A stretch of 58,236 nt of DNA from Promethearchaeia archaeon (GTDB lineage Archaea; Asgardarchaeota; Lokiarchaeia; Sigyniarchaeales; SOKP01), in assembly GCA_029856105.1 (NCBI GenBank), contig JAHQWH010000019.1, positions 1-58,236 of the forward strand, read 5' to 3'. Shown in pieces: positions 1 through 9,262 of the stretch. Under the pieces are notes generated by a model, which saw nothing but the letters and a program-made list of their open reading frames with translations, did not search any database and was not told the DNA's origin. The position numbers and the translations under genes are program-made. Each line of letters begins with the position of its first letter. Positions within the stretch are counted from its first letter, which is position 1.

Positions 1-720
1 CCCATTCGATAATCTTTTGTTCAATAGCTCTAGGTATTTGACCTGTACCACCCTTTGGGTAAATATAGTCAAGATAAACGTAAAAATAGCCCATAGCAAA
101 AGATGTAGGAGTATTTTTAAAAAAATGTTGGTCAATTATATCAGTAAGAGGTCTGTATGACGACATTTTTTCCAAAAATTCTTCAACGGGTTCATCTAGG
201 CGATTCATACGCCGGACCGTTAACAAGAATTTTCCCAAATATGGAAGTAGTTCTTTAAATAGAAACTTTTTATCTTTCTTGAGATCTTTAAAAAGGGGGT
301 TGTCTATCCCATATAAAATGGCCATATCTTTCATCATTTTTTTCATAAATGAGAAAATTCTTTGGATATCTTCTATCTTTTCAGGATACAATTTTTCTAG
401 TAAGTTCTTATAGTCATCCAAACTATCTTCCGAACGGACATTAATAACATCGCTTTCAATCCCAACAGAGATAGGACTGTTAATAATCTCTAGTTTAATT
501 CCTAGATCATTTAAAAAAGTTTTAACAATACCAGAATTTTCAATCGATCTTGCAGCTGTATCGAAGAAAAATCCATCTCGTTCAATTGTATTAACTAAAC
601 CTCCAATTTCCTTATTTTTTTCTATTAAAAGGACATCATACTTTGCCCTAGACAAATAGGCAGCAGCGGTTAAACCTGCCATTCCTCCCCCGACTATAAC
701 TATTTTTTTATCTGGTTCAT
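1..720 (-). CDS. Phytoene desaturase (CrtI)-family FAD-dependent oxidoreductase, runs off the window start (3' partial)
   Basis: Manual translation from ATG at 720 gives MNQIKKIVIVGGGMAGLTAAAYLSRAKYDVLLIEKNKEIGGLVNTIERDGFFFDTAA, with the GxGxxG dinucleotide motif and the GG...GFxFD signature. Abuts the SDR stop codon. Not in the ORF track. Confidence 0.8.
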
Positions 721-1677
721 TCATTCAAGACCACCTAATTTTATACTTAAATTCCAGAGCTCTTTTGCGACCTCCCTATCCAATGCAGGAGGTGCAGGTT
801 CTTCTTCTGAGGTAAGGCGGAAAAATTTACTGCTCACTCCACTAATATCCTTTGACACACCGAGATAGTATAAAGCTTTAGCAGATATCTCAGGTGATTT
901 TGCAGCTCGGTCAATAAAAAGATGTTTTAAATATCGATAAGTTCTTCCATTATTTTGTCCCATGTTTGATTTTACACTCCCAGGATGCATTGCATTTATT
1001 GATACTCCGCTATTTTTGAAGTAATCGTCAAATAAAATCATTGAAAGAAGTTGGGCTGTTTTCGCTTTCCCATAACTACGCAAACCGGAATAATGATGAT
1101 GCTCCCACTCAAGATCATCTAAACTCAATCCAAGAATAGCAAAACGGTGGCCTTCAGAATTTACAAATATAATTCTTGTATTACCTTGGGCTTTTAGTTT
1201 ATCTTTTAATATATAATTTAGTATAAATGACCCAAGATAATCTACTTGAAAAACAAGTTCGATATTATCTTCAGTAAATATCTTTTTAGTAGAATAAACA
1301 CCTGCATTATGGATAAGCACATCTATTTTTATATCCGAATCTAAAAGTTCATATCCTACTTTCTGTATGTCAGAAATGCGGGTAAAATCTGCAATTTTGT
1401 ATTCACATTCTATACCGAAATCTTGACGAAATTCGTCGCAAATGATAATTGATTTTTCTTCATTTCGATTTATTAGTAGAAGATTAGCACCATTCAAAGC
1501 ATATTTTCTTGCAGTATAATAACCAATTCCAGATGTTGCCCCCGTGATAACTACTAATCTCTTTTTAAAGACTTCATCACATTCTTTAATCTCAGCTTTT
1601 TTATTCCTCCGCATTGCCCACATTTGGGCGGGCATTATATATAAATATTCTTTCCAGTACTTATTCACGCGAATCAT
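721..1677 (-). CDS. Short-chain dehydrogenase/reductase (retinol dehydrogenase/WWOX-like)
   Basis: TGATSGIG, HNAG, YGKAK catalytic motif, HPGSV. Confidence 0.9.
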   Translation of the reverse strand: MIRVNKYWKEYLYIMPAQMWAMRRNKKAEIKECDEVFKKRLVVITGATSGIGYYTARKYALNGANLLLINRNEEKSIIICDEFRQDFGIECEYKIADFTRISDIQKVGYELLDSDIKIDVLIHNAGVYSTKKIFTEDNIELVFQVDYLGSFILNYILKDKLKAQGNTRIIFVNSEGHRFAILGLSLDDLEWEHHHYSGLRSYGKAKTAQLLSMILFDDYFKNSGVSINAMHPGSVKSNMGQNNGRTYRYLKHLFIDRAAKSPEISAKALYYLGVSKDISGVSSKFFRLTSEEEPAPPALDREVAKELWNLSIKLGGLE

Positions 1678-2144
1678 CCAAATCTTTTCTTTATAAATTT
1701 CCTATATCTATCTGCAAGGAAGGGAATGTTATCGATTATATCACCCCAAAGATCGTAATAATCCCTTTGTTCAATGATTTTACCATCTTCATTTAAAGTT
1801 AATCTGCTTGCTCCTAATAACTTCGAATTAGGATACTTCTTAAAACTTAATGACATTTCCCATTCAAAAAAAACAATATTTCCTTCAAACAGAATGTGGA
1901 CAATTTTCATTTTCAAATCTTGAGATCGCTCAGTTAATCGTTCGGTCATTGGTTTAAATTCTTTCATACCCTGGATTTCTTGAATCGTATCGCGAAAATA
2001 GATACTATCGTCATAGTATGGGAGGATGTGTGACCAATCAGGCTTCCCTTCGGTATTGTAAATATCAGTCCAAAGTTTTACAAATTGTTCTTTACTCTCA
2101 ATTCTAAAGCTCATGAAAATCTCACATAATTTAGTGTTTAACAT
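1674..2144 (-). CDS. SnoaL/NTF2-like protein (start possibly ATG at 2114)
   Basis: YDDSIYFRD ... GKIIEQRDYYD pattern; 4-bp overlap with the SDR gene. Confidence 0.8.
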   Translation of the reverse strand: MLNTKLCEIFMSFRIESKEQFVKLWTDIYNTEGKPDWSHILPYYDDSIYFRDTIQEIQGMKEFKPMTERLTERSQDLKMKIVHILFEGNIVFFEWEMSLSFKKYPNSKLLGASRLTLNEDGKIIEQRDYYDLWGDIIDNIPFLADRYRKFIKKRFG

Positions 2145-2225
2145 CTTAAATACAATTAAAGTAAATTTTACATCTTTAAATAGAATTTACTAATAAATCA
2201 TAATATCAATTTTTATAGATTCCAT

Positions 2226-2801
2226 TTAATTGTTTATTTGACAGCACCCACAGACATAAACCTTAAAGGATTAATATCTCTGATCTGTATATTGTATTTA
2301 TAAATGTTATAAATTGTCCCATGGGGAGATTAGAAACTCGATGGATGATGGACACATAACAATGCCAGGATTGGATTCAATAAACTCACTCCATTTTGTG
2401 GTATCTTCAATCCTTACCTACTCAGAGGGAATTGAGACTAATTCTGCACTTGCTAATTTCCCATTGTAGAATGTCCTGTCATATACTCCATTATACCAGT
2501 AAATCTAATCATTTGTTTTAATCCACTCTCTGATCGCAAAAGTAATAGCTTTTACCTCAGGAATGGGGGATTCTATTTTGATATAGGAATCATCATCGGA
2601 TTCTATAGAGATGGTTATGGTATTATTATTTAAAGAGTGCTCATGTTTGCTCTTTTTTGTTATAATACCAATTGGGTCCATAGAACTCTTATTAGACCTG
2701 GCTTCAACTATCATAATCCTTGTCTTCCCCTCCGGATCCCGGACATAGGTAGACAATTCAGTGCTATACATTTTTTTCGCGATAAGTCCATATTCAATCA
2801 C
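2226..2801 (-). pseudogene. Decayed gene of unknown function; the 98-aa ORF 2505-2801 continues in frame through several stops
   Basis: After the TAG the frame still reads as protein: IYWYNGVYDRTFYNGKLASAELVSIPSE*VRIEDTTKWSEFIESNPGIVMCPSSIEFLISPWDNL*. Several TAG/TAA interruptions follow. Confidence 0.4.
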
Positions 2802-2889
2802 ACTTAAACAAGTATATAAAAAAGATAATTAATTATAAACATGCCGATATTCCTTAATGGCTTCACATTGAGCCAAAGGCTCAAAGTAA

Positions 2890-3030
2890 GCGAACTCCTT
2901 TCTGCTTGAGTTAAGCCAAAAGGTAAGAGGATATTGTATTAAAACATTTTTCACGATTGAGTATGAAGACCACCACCTCCTTTTCAATCCAAATTACGGA
3001 TTCTTAGTCATCGAAGTTAAGGGTGGAATA
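2890..3030 (+). pseudogene. Remnant of a NERD-domain (PD-(D/E)xK) nuclease
   Basis: Plus frame reads EDHHLLFNPNYGFLVIEVKGGI, matching the NERD motif D-x-hhh-x-P-x-x-G-hhhIEVKGG. No in-frame start; ends where the radical SAM remnant ends. Confidence 0.55.
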
Positions 3031-3422
3031 ACTTCAAGTATCTCTTCTTTGGTTTGGTCAGCACTCCCACAAACTGCAGAAGATATGAAAACACCTTCTA
3101 CTACATTCATCGAATATAGTTTCATGAATGTACGGGCATATTCCTCGGGAGTGAAACTCATTTTATGCTTGCAATTATGCGAAAAACAGTATTTACAATT
3201 ATATATGCATTTATTCGAATAGAGTGTTTTAAATAAACTCATACACCGGCCATCAGGCGTGTAACTATGGCAAATTCCCGCGCTTATCGTGTTTCCAATC
3301 GACTTTTTTGGATCTCCAAAAAGATTTGGATATTTTTCAGTACGACTAGAGGCAGTACTAGCACATATATCGTATTTAGAATTTTCTCCTAAAACTCTAA
3401 TCTTTTCTAAAGTAGACGGCAC
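2994..3422 (-). pseudogene. Truncated putative DNA modification/repair radical SAM protein (TIGR03916-like), N-terminal third only
   Basis: KYDICAS, GICHSYTPDGRCMSLFKTL and CIYNCKYC motif. Homology stops at EEILEVI (~3027) and the last 10 residues are the antisense of the NERD remnant. Confidence 0.8.
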
Positions 3423-3608
3423 TTAAATCATCAGTTAAATATAATTGTATTTTTTAATAAGGTGTATAAATCTATTTCTTGATGTTTGCCTTATAAATCG
3501 AGGGGCATATTGAATTTTTAAAATAAATTGATATTTTTATAAAAATTTAAGTTCTAATTTCTTTTCTGTTAAATATTAGATATTTTTATTTTATACTTAA
3601 ACCATTGA

Positions 3609-5435
3609 TTGATAATAATGCCTAAATATACTGGAGGCGAAATAATCGCCAAATATCTGATTAAAGAAGGTGTAAAATATATTTTTGGGATACCCGGGCA
3701 TGGGTGCTTAGCGTTCGTGGACGCACTATATAAAAATAAAGATAAAATTACATTGATTCAACCAAAGCAGGAAATGAGCGGGGTTCACATGTCAATCGGG
3801 TACTATAGAATCACTAGTAAGCCGTTATGCGTGTTCACCTCAATTGGACCGGGTGCTATTAATACCGCAATCGGATTGGCGGATGCCTTCGTAGATAGTT
3901 TTCCCGTCCTCTGCATTACTGGAAACACTCACACGCACATGCGAGGTAAGGGAGTGCTTCAAGAGATTGAAAGAAATAGAGATTCTAATATGCCTCGAAT
4001 ATTAGAGCCTGTTGTTAAACGTTCTTGGCAAGTAAATGACGTAAAACAATTGCCTACGGTTATGCAAAGAGCTTTTAATCAAATGATGACAGGTAGAATG
4101 GGACCAACTGTCATTGATCTTCCTATGGATGTTCAGGCGGATGCTATTGATGTTGAAATATCCGAGCCTCTGGAAAGAAGGGCGAGTGGAAAAGTATTAG
4201 GTGCTCCAGAACAAATTAAAAAGGTAGTAGAATTATTAAAAAAAGCGAAAAGACCAGTCCTATTGTTAGGTGGTGGCGCAGTTACAGCTAACGCAAATGA
4301 CGAAGTTAAAGAATTAGCAGAGAAACTTGGTGCTGCTGTCGTCGTTACAATGATGGGTAAAGACGCATTTCCAAACGATCACGAGCTATTCGCTTGGAGC
4401 ACTGGTAGCAAAGGAACTACTGTCGGGTTGAAAATGACTTCAACTGCAGATATGCTTCTATCTATAGGTTGTCGATTTGCCGACGAAACTGCTAGCTCCT
4501 ACAGGGATGGTGTAAGCTTTTCGATTCCGCCAACAAAATTAATACAAATTGATATCGATCCACACGAAATTGGTAAAAACTATCCTGTTGCAGTTGGTGT
4601 AGTAGGAGACGCTAAAGCGTGTCTGCGTCAAATTATTGAAGAATTTGGCGATTACGAAAGAAATTACGAGAAAACTGATTATTTTAAAGAAATACAAAAA
4701 GAAAAGCAAAAGTGGTTCGAATTTCTTAACGAGCATCGAGACGATTCAAAAGTACCAGTAATGATTTCAACCGTTTTAAGTGAAATAAGAAAGTTTTTCG
4801 ATAGAGACGCAATAATTGTAACTAGCTCCGGTAATGTACAAGCTCAAATGATCCAAGAATTAGAATTTTACGAGCCTAAAACTTGTATTACCGCTGGAGG
4901 ATTCTCTACGATGGGATATAGTGTTCCAGCCGCAATTGGCGCAAAACTAGGTTTAATAGATATAGGAAAACCTAATTGTCAAGTCGTAGCACTCGTAGGC
5001 GATGGTGATTTGATGATGACGATTTCGGAGTTATCTGTAGCAGTTCAATTAGGATTAACTAACATCTTCTTTATAGTCTTAAATAATCATGGTTGGATTG
5101 CTATCAAGGATCTTCAGCAAGCAGCATTTGGCGAAAATCGAAGTTATGGCACTAGTTTTTACTATAAAAGTGGAAATACCTATTCTCCTGATTTTGCAAA
5201 AATAGCTGAGGGTTTCGGATGCTATTCTGAAAAGATTTCTAAAAAAGAAGAAATAATTCCCGCATTAGAGCGAGCGACCAAATCAAATAAGCCTGTGGTT
5301 ATAGAGATTCTTGTAAATAGAGATTATCCTCACACCGGAAGCCCAGCATGCGGCTGGTGGGATGTACCAATTCCAGATTATCTAACAGAACGTAGAATGA
5401 AGTACGAAGAAGAAATAAAAGGAGAAAAATTATAA
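3609..5435 (+). CDS. Thiamine pyrophosphate-dependent enzyme, acetolactate synthase large-subunit family (probable start ATG 3618)
   Basis: FGIPGHG, SIGPGAIN, GDGD...NN TPP-binding motif. Confidence 0.9.
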   Translation: MIIMPKYTGGEIIAKYLIKEGVKYIFGIPGHGCLAFVDALYKNKDKITLIQPKQEMSGVHMSIGYYRITSKPLCVFTSIGPGAINTAIGLADAFVDSFPVLCITGNTHTHMRGKGVLQEIERNRDSNMPRILEPVVKRSWQVNDVKQLPTVMQRAFNQMMTGRMGPTVIDLPMDVQADAIDVEISEPLERRASGKVLGAPEQIKKVVELLKKAKRPVLLLGGGAVTANANDEVKELAEKLGAAVVVTMMGKDAFPNDHELFAWSTGSKGTTVGLKMTSTADMLLSIGCRFADETASSYRDGVSFSIPPTKLIQIDIDPHEIGKNYPVAVGVVGDAKACLRQIIEEFGDYERNYEKTDYFKEIQKEKQKWFEFLNEHRDDSKVPVMISTVLSEIRKFFDRDAIIVTSSGNVQAQMIQELEFYEPKTCITAGGFSTMGYSVPAAIGAKLGLIDIGKPNCQVVALVGDGDLMMTISELSVAVQLGLTNIFFIVLNNHGWIAIKDLQQAAFGENRSYGTSFYYKSGNTYSPDFAKIAEGFGCYSEKISKKEEIIPALERATKSNKPVVIEILVNRDYPHTGSPACGWWDVPIPDYLTERRMKYEEEIKGEKL

Positions 5436-5466
5436 ATCTTTTTCAATATTACTTATTTTCTGTTGT

Positions 5467-5661
5467 TTATTGATCCTTGAATTTTTCAGAAGCAGGTTCT
5501 CCACCAATTCCCCAATGAGTCTTTGGGATTTCGTGAACAATTACTTCTACAGCGTGTTGAGGAACGCCTAAGTCAACAAAGACTTTGGTTATGTTTTGTA
5601 TTACGGTTTTAACTCTTTCATCTCCAAAGCCCTTCCAAACATTTACATGAATAATTGGCAT
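5467..5661 (-). CDS. 4-oxalocrotonate tautomerase family protein
   Basis: Catalytic Pro-1 (MPIIHV), WGIGG motif, 64 aa. Confidence 0.9.
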   Translation of the reverse strand: MPIIHVNVWKGFGDERVKTVIQNITKVFVDLGVPQHAVEVIVHEIPKTHWGIGGEPASEKFKDQ

Positions 5662-5768
5662 TTTTTCACATCTAATTTGTATTATTACGTGATATGATTC
5701 AACCTTTTAATTTTACTTTTATCATAAAAATAAAAAAAAAGAAATTTAATAACCAATTATTATATTGA

Positions 5769-7067
5769 GTGATAATTGTTATGAAAGATTTTTTGGAATT
5801 ATTTGAAGAAAAAAGTATTGATTACATACAATTTCAATTTACCACGATTTTGGGGGAATTTAAGTGTGTTGAATTTCCAGCAAAAATCTGGGAAGATATG
5901 AAAGAGGGGGCCGGTATTGACGGTTCTAGTCTTGGTTTTTTAAAAACAGAGCAAAGCGACATGAAAATCGTGCCAGATTTAAATACATTTGCGATACTTC
6001 CATGGGATCATAGGGTGGGGAGATTTATTTGCGATATAACCGACAATAAAGGAATTGCCTATCCTACCTGCCCAAGAGGGATATTAAAGAGAATTTTAAG
6101 CGAGGCAAATTCTAAGGGCTATGAATTTCTAACAAGACCAGAATTAGAATGGTATTTACTATCAAACGATCTAGAATTTACCGATAAGGGCGCTTACATG
6201 GATATGCCTCCTAAAGATTCATTTCACGAATTGCGACGCAAGATGACCGATGATATGATTGGTATGGGCATTAAGCTCAAAACAATTCACCACGAAGTTG
6301 GACCGAGTCAACACGAAGTAGAATTTATCGCTAATAATGCGTTATTTCAAGCTGATAACGTCCAAACAGCAAAAATGATAGTACACGTCGAATCAAATTG
6401 TAAAAATCTAATTTCTACATTCATGCCAAAACCATTTCCGTTAGTAGCAGGAAGTGGTTTACATATTCATCAATATTTAGTTAATAATGGGAAGAATATA
6501 TTTGCTGATGCTGAGGAAGGTGTCAGCGACCTCCTCCGCTACTATATCGGGGGGATTCAAAAGCGTGTAGATGCAATATCAGCCATTTTAAATCCTATTT
6601 CAAATTCCTATAAGCGACTTATTCCTAATCACGAAGCGCCAGTTTATGTGTCTTGGGGGGTAGGTAACAGAACCGCTTTAATTCGCGTGCCAGGATACGA
6701 AAAATCCGCTAGAGTAGAATATCGCGCTGGTGATGCGGCCATGAACATTTATCTTGGAACTGCCCTTTTACTTGCCTCTGGCTTAGATGGCGTAAAAAAT
6801 AAAATCGAACCCAACACTCCAACTACTGAAGATATAGACTCTTTAACTGAAGAGAAGCGAAAAAACTTAGGTATTAAAAAATTACCCCAGAGTTTGCAAA
6901 AGTCTTTAGAAGCGTTCGAGAACAGTAAATTTATCAAGAAAATTCTTGGAAAACAATTGGTAGATCTTTATATAGAAGTTAAACGAGAAGAAATTGAGCA
7001 ATACCAAACTGCTAAAAACGACGGAAAAGAAGGTAAATGGGAATTGGATAAGTATTTGTTGTTATAA
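5769..7067 (+). CDS. Glutamine synthetase family protein (GlnA or gamma-glutamyl-amine ligase; probable start ATG 5781)
   Basis: DGSS, PELEW, HHEVGPSQHE, TFMPKP, GSGLHIH, SYKRL, EAP, NRTALIRVP, RVEYR. Confidence 0.9.
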   Translation: MIIVMKDFLELFEEKSIDYIQFQFTTILGEFKCVEFPAKIWEDMKEGAGIDGSSLGFLKTEQSDMKIVPDLNTFAILPWDHRVGRFICDITDNKGIAYPTCPRGILKRILSEANSKGYEFLTRPELEWYLLSNDLEFTDKGAYMDMPPKDSFHELRRKMTDDMIGMGIKLKTIHHEVGPSQHEVEFIANNALFQADNVQTAKMIVHVESNCKNLISTFMPKPFPLVAGSGLHIHQYLVNNGKNIFADAEEGVSDLLRYYIGGIQKRVDAISAILNPISNSYKRLIPNHEAPVYVSWGVGNRTALIRVPGYEKSARVEYRAGDAAMNIYLGTALLLASGLDGVKNKIEPNTPTTEDIDSLTEEKRKNLGIKKLPQSLQKSLEAFENSKFIKKILGKQLVDLYIEVKREEIEQYQTAKNDGKEGKWELDKYLLL

Positions 7068-7095
7068 ATTATTCATAAATCGCGTAATTTTCTTC
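6912..7095 (+). repeat. 184-bp imperfect direct repeat, copy 1 (intact GS 3' end plus a remnant of the MTase 3' end)
   Basis: gcgttcgagaacagtaaa...aaatcgcgtaattttcttc aligns without gaps to 9079-9262, about 19 mismatches by manual count. Confidence 0.95.
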
Positions 7096-7322
7096 AATAA
7101 TATTGAGTGAGAATCATTATGTATGATTTTTTTAAAAGAACTAAGACTTAGTTTACCAGAATAATAAATAAACACAATAGAAAATCAGTTTCATATTACT
7201 TATAATTCCAGATATAAGTAAAAAATTGGTTTTGAAATATTAATGAAATCGTTATTGTTTTTTAGAGATTTGATCAATATTTTTTCTAATAACTTTATTA
7301 ATTAACTCTTTTAATATTATAT

Positions 7323-7823
7323 TTGATGTTTTCCAAAAATTTAGCTTTTAGGTTACTAATTTCCACAATCTCTGTTGTTATTGCTTTTATGGGAATTATC
7401 ATTTTACTAGCATTAAGATCGATTATTATTTTAGTTTTATTCATTTCATTATGGATAATAACAAATTTTTCTGGTGGAATTATTTGTTCACAATGTCCTT
7501 TTCAAAATAAAGTTTGTCCTGGAGTTTTTCAACTTTATTTTATGCCCTTTTTATCAAAAATTGTATATAAGAAAAAAGAATATAGTAAAAAAACAATAGA
7601 AATCAGTGCAATTTTTGTAGGTGTATTTGGCTTATCATATTATTGTATAGGATTTATTTCTCTAATAATTTTATATTGGAATGATTCTCTTCTTCTTATT
7701 GTACTAATTTTACTTGGTTTATTTATCACACATTTCCTAATATCTTTTTTGTCATTATGTCCTAATTGTAATAATAAGGAAAAATGTCCTATGTCAAGAA
7801 TAAGTAAAACTTTGGGAAAATAA
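7323..7823 (+). CDS. Four-TM membrane protein with two CxxC-x6-CP motifs
   Basis: Hydrophobic hairpins each followed by a Cys motif (CSQCPFQNKVCP and CPNCNNKEKCP). Confidence 0.7.
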   Translation: MMFSKNLAFRLLISTISVVIAFMGIIILLALRSIIILVLFISLWIITNFSGGIICSQCPFQNKVCPGVFQLYFMPFLSKIVYKKKEYSKKTIEISAIFVGVFGLSYYCIGFISLIILYWNDSLLLIVLILLGLFITHFLISFLSLCPNCNNKEKCPMSRISKTLGK

Positions 7824-7937
7824 TAGAGGAAAATAGATTTTAATACGAAAATTTTACCTTATATCTATTTAGAATTTAAAAAAATTAAAATTTAAAAAAT
7901 TTTATTAAATAAAATTCCTTTAATATATTAGAATTCA

Positions 7938-8837
7938 ATGAATTCAACAAAAAATAACCGCCGGATTGAAAATAAGTCGTCTAGAACGGCCGCTTTTACT
8001 TGTGTTTGCAGAGCATCGTCTTTTTATGAAAAATCACCCCATTACAAAAGTAATGATTATATAGCTCCTCGGTTATTGCCCCGGTTTTTGCATCCCTTAA
8101 TTAAATCTAAAAGAATAAGATCTTTTCTCTTAAAGAAAATCGGTCCAAAGGGTATTTATGAATATGTTATCGCTCGGACGAAAGTTATTGATGAAATTTT
8201 CTTAAATGCAATATTAAATAATTTTGATCAGATCCTTCTTTTTGGAGCGGGTTTTGATTCTAGAGGCATTCGTTTAATTGATACAAATGAAAAAACAGCT
8301 ATTTTTGAATTAGATGTAACCACCACAATATCAGACAAATTAAAACAATATAAAAAGCGAAAAATAGACTCTGGAAAGGTTTTATATGTTGAAATAGATT
8401 TTAATATCGAGAAGATCGAGGAAAAACTGAAAACAGCTGGTTTTCAATATAATAAAAAAACACTCTATATACTTGAAGGAATTACAATGTATTTGAACGA
8501 ATCTACTGTAAATCAAGACTTTAAATTCATCATCGAAAGTGCTGGTAAGGGAAGTGAAGTGGTTTTTGATTATATTTATCAATCAGTTCTTGAAGAGAAG
8601 AATCTATATTATGGAGAACGAGAAATTTATCAAAGGGTCAAAAAAGATGGTGAAGGGTGGACCTTTGGATTATTAAAAGGAGGTATCAGCAATTTTCTTC
8701 AGGATCGAGGATTAGAATTAATTAAGCATTTGGATTCCCATAAACTACAAGAAAAGTATTTTCAGGATAAAAACAGAAATATCGTTGGGAAGATTAATGG
8801 AACACATTGTATAGTTCATGCAAAAATTAAAGATTAA
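7938..8837 (+). CDS. SAM-dependent methyltransferase, leucine carboxyl methyltransferase (LCM/YktD) family
   Basis: SRTA...RA, ARTKVID, LFGAGFDSR, FELD, EGITMYL motifs. Confidence 0.88.
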   Translation: MNSTKNNRRIENKSSRTAAFTCVCRASSFYEKSPHYKSNDYIAPRLLPRFLHPLIKSKRIRSFLLKKIGPKGIYEYVIARTKVIDEIFLNAILNNFDQILLFGAGFDSRGIRLIDTNEKTAIFELDVTTTISDKLKQYKKRKIDSGKVLYVEIDFNIEKIEEKLKTAGFQYNKKTLYILEGITMYLNESTVNQDFKFIIESAGKGSEVVFDYIYQSVLEEKNLYYGEREIYQRVKKDGEGWTFGLLKGGISNFLQDRGLELIKHLDSHKLQEKYFQDKNRNIVGKINGTHCIVHAKIKD

Positions 8838-9078
8838 TATGGTTGAATAAAAAATCTTATGTCCGAAAAAAATTTATATTATTTTCACATTAGTATTAAT
8901 TTTATTTTCTTCAATTGCTCTCTAAGATGTTGTATTCGTTTTTCTGCTTCTTCTTCTCTATGTTCAGACCTAAAAGATACGAGAAATATAGCCGTCCTAT
9001 TTTTATGAAATGATGGTGGATTCGATTTCTTTTTTTCTATAATTTCAGATTCTATTCAGAATAGTTAAGTCATTAAAG

Positions 9079-9262
9079 GCGTTCGAGAACAGTAAAATTA
9101 TCAAGAAAATTCTTGGAAAACATTTGGTAGATATTTATGTAGAAATTAAAAGAGAAGAAATTGATCAATATCATATTGCTAAAAACGATGGATAAGATGT
9201 TAAATGGGAATTGGATGAGTATTTGCTATTATAAATTAATTATAAATCGCGTAATTTTCTTC
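9079..9262 (+). repeat. 184-bp imperfect direct repeat, copy 2 (decayed GS 3' end plus the true MTase 3' end)
   Basis: The GS frame here has AAA changed to TAA (stop); overlaps the MTase stop at 9236. Confidence 0.95.

Noticed and set aside
2226-2801. Amber (pyrrolysine) readthrough of two in-frame TAG codons
   Set aside because: TAA stops follow in the same frame and neighbouring genes are also decayed, so a pseudogene is the simpler explanation.
6912-9262. Calling the repeat-flanked islet an IS element or provirus
   Set aside because: No transposase, integrase, terminal inverted repeats or viral genes.
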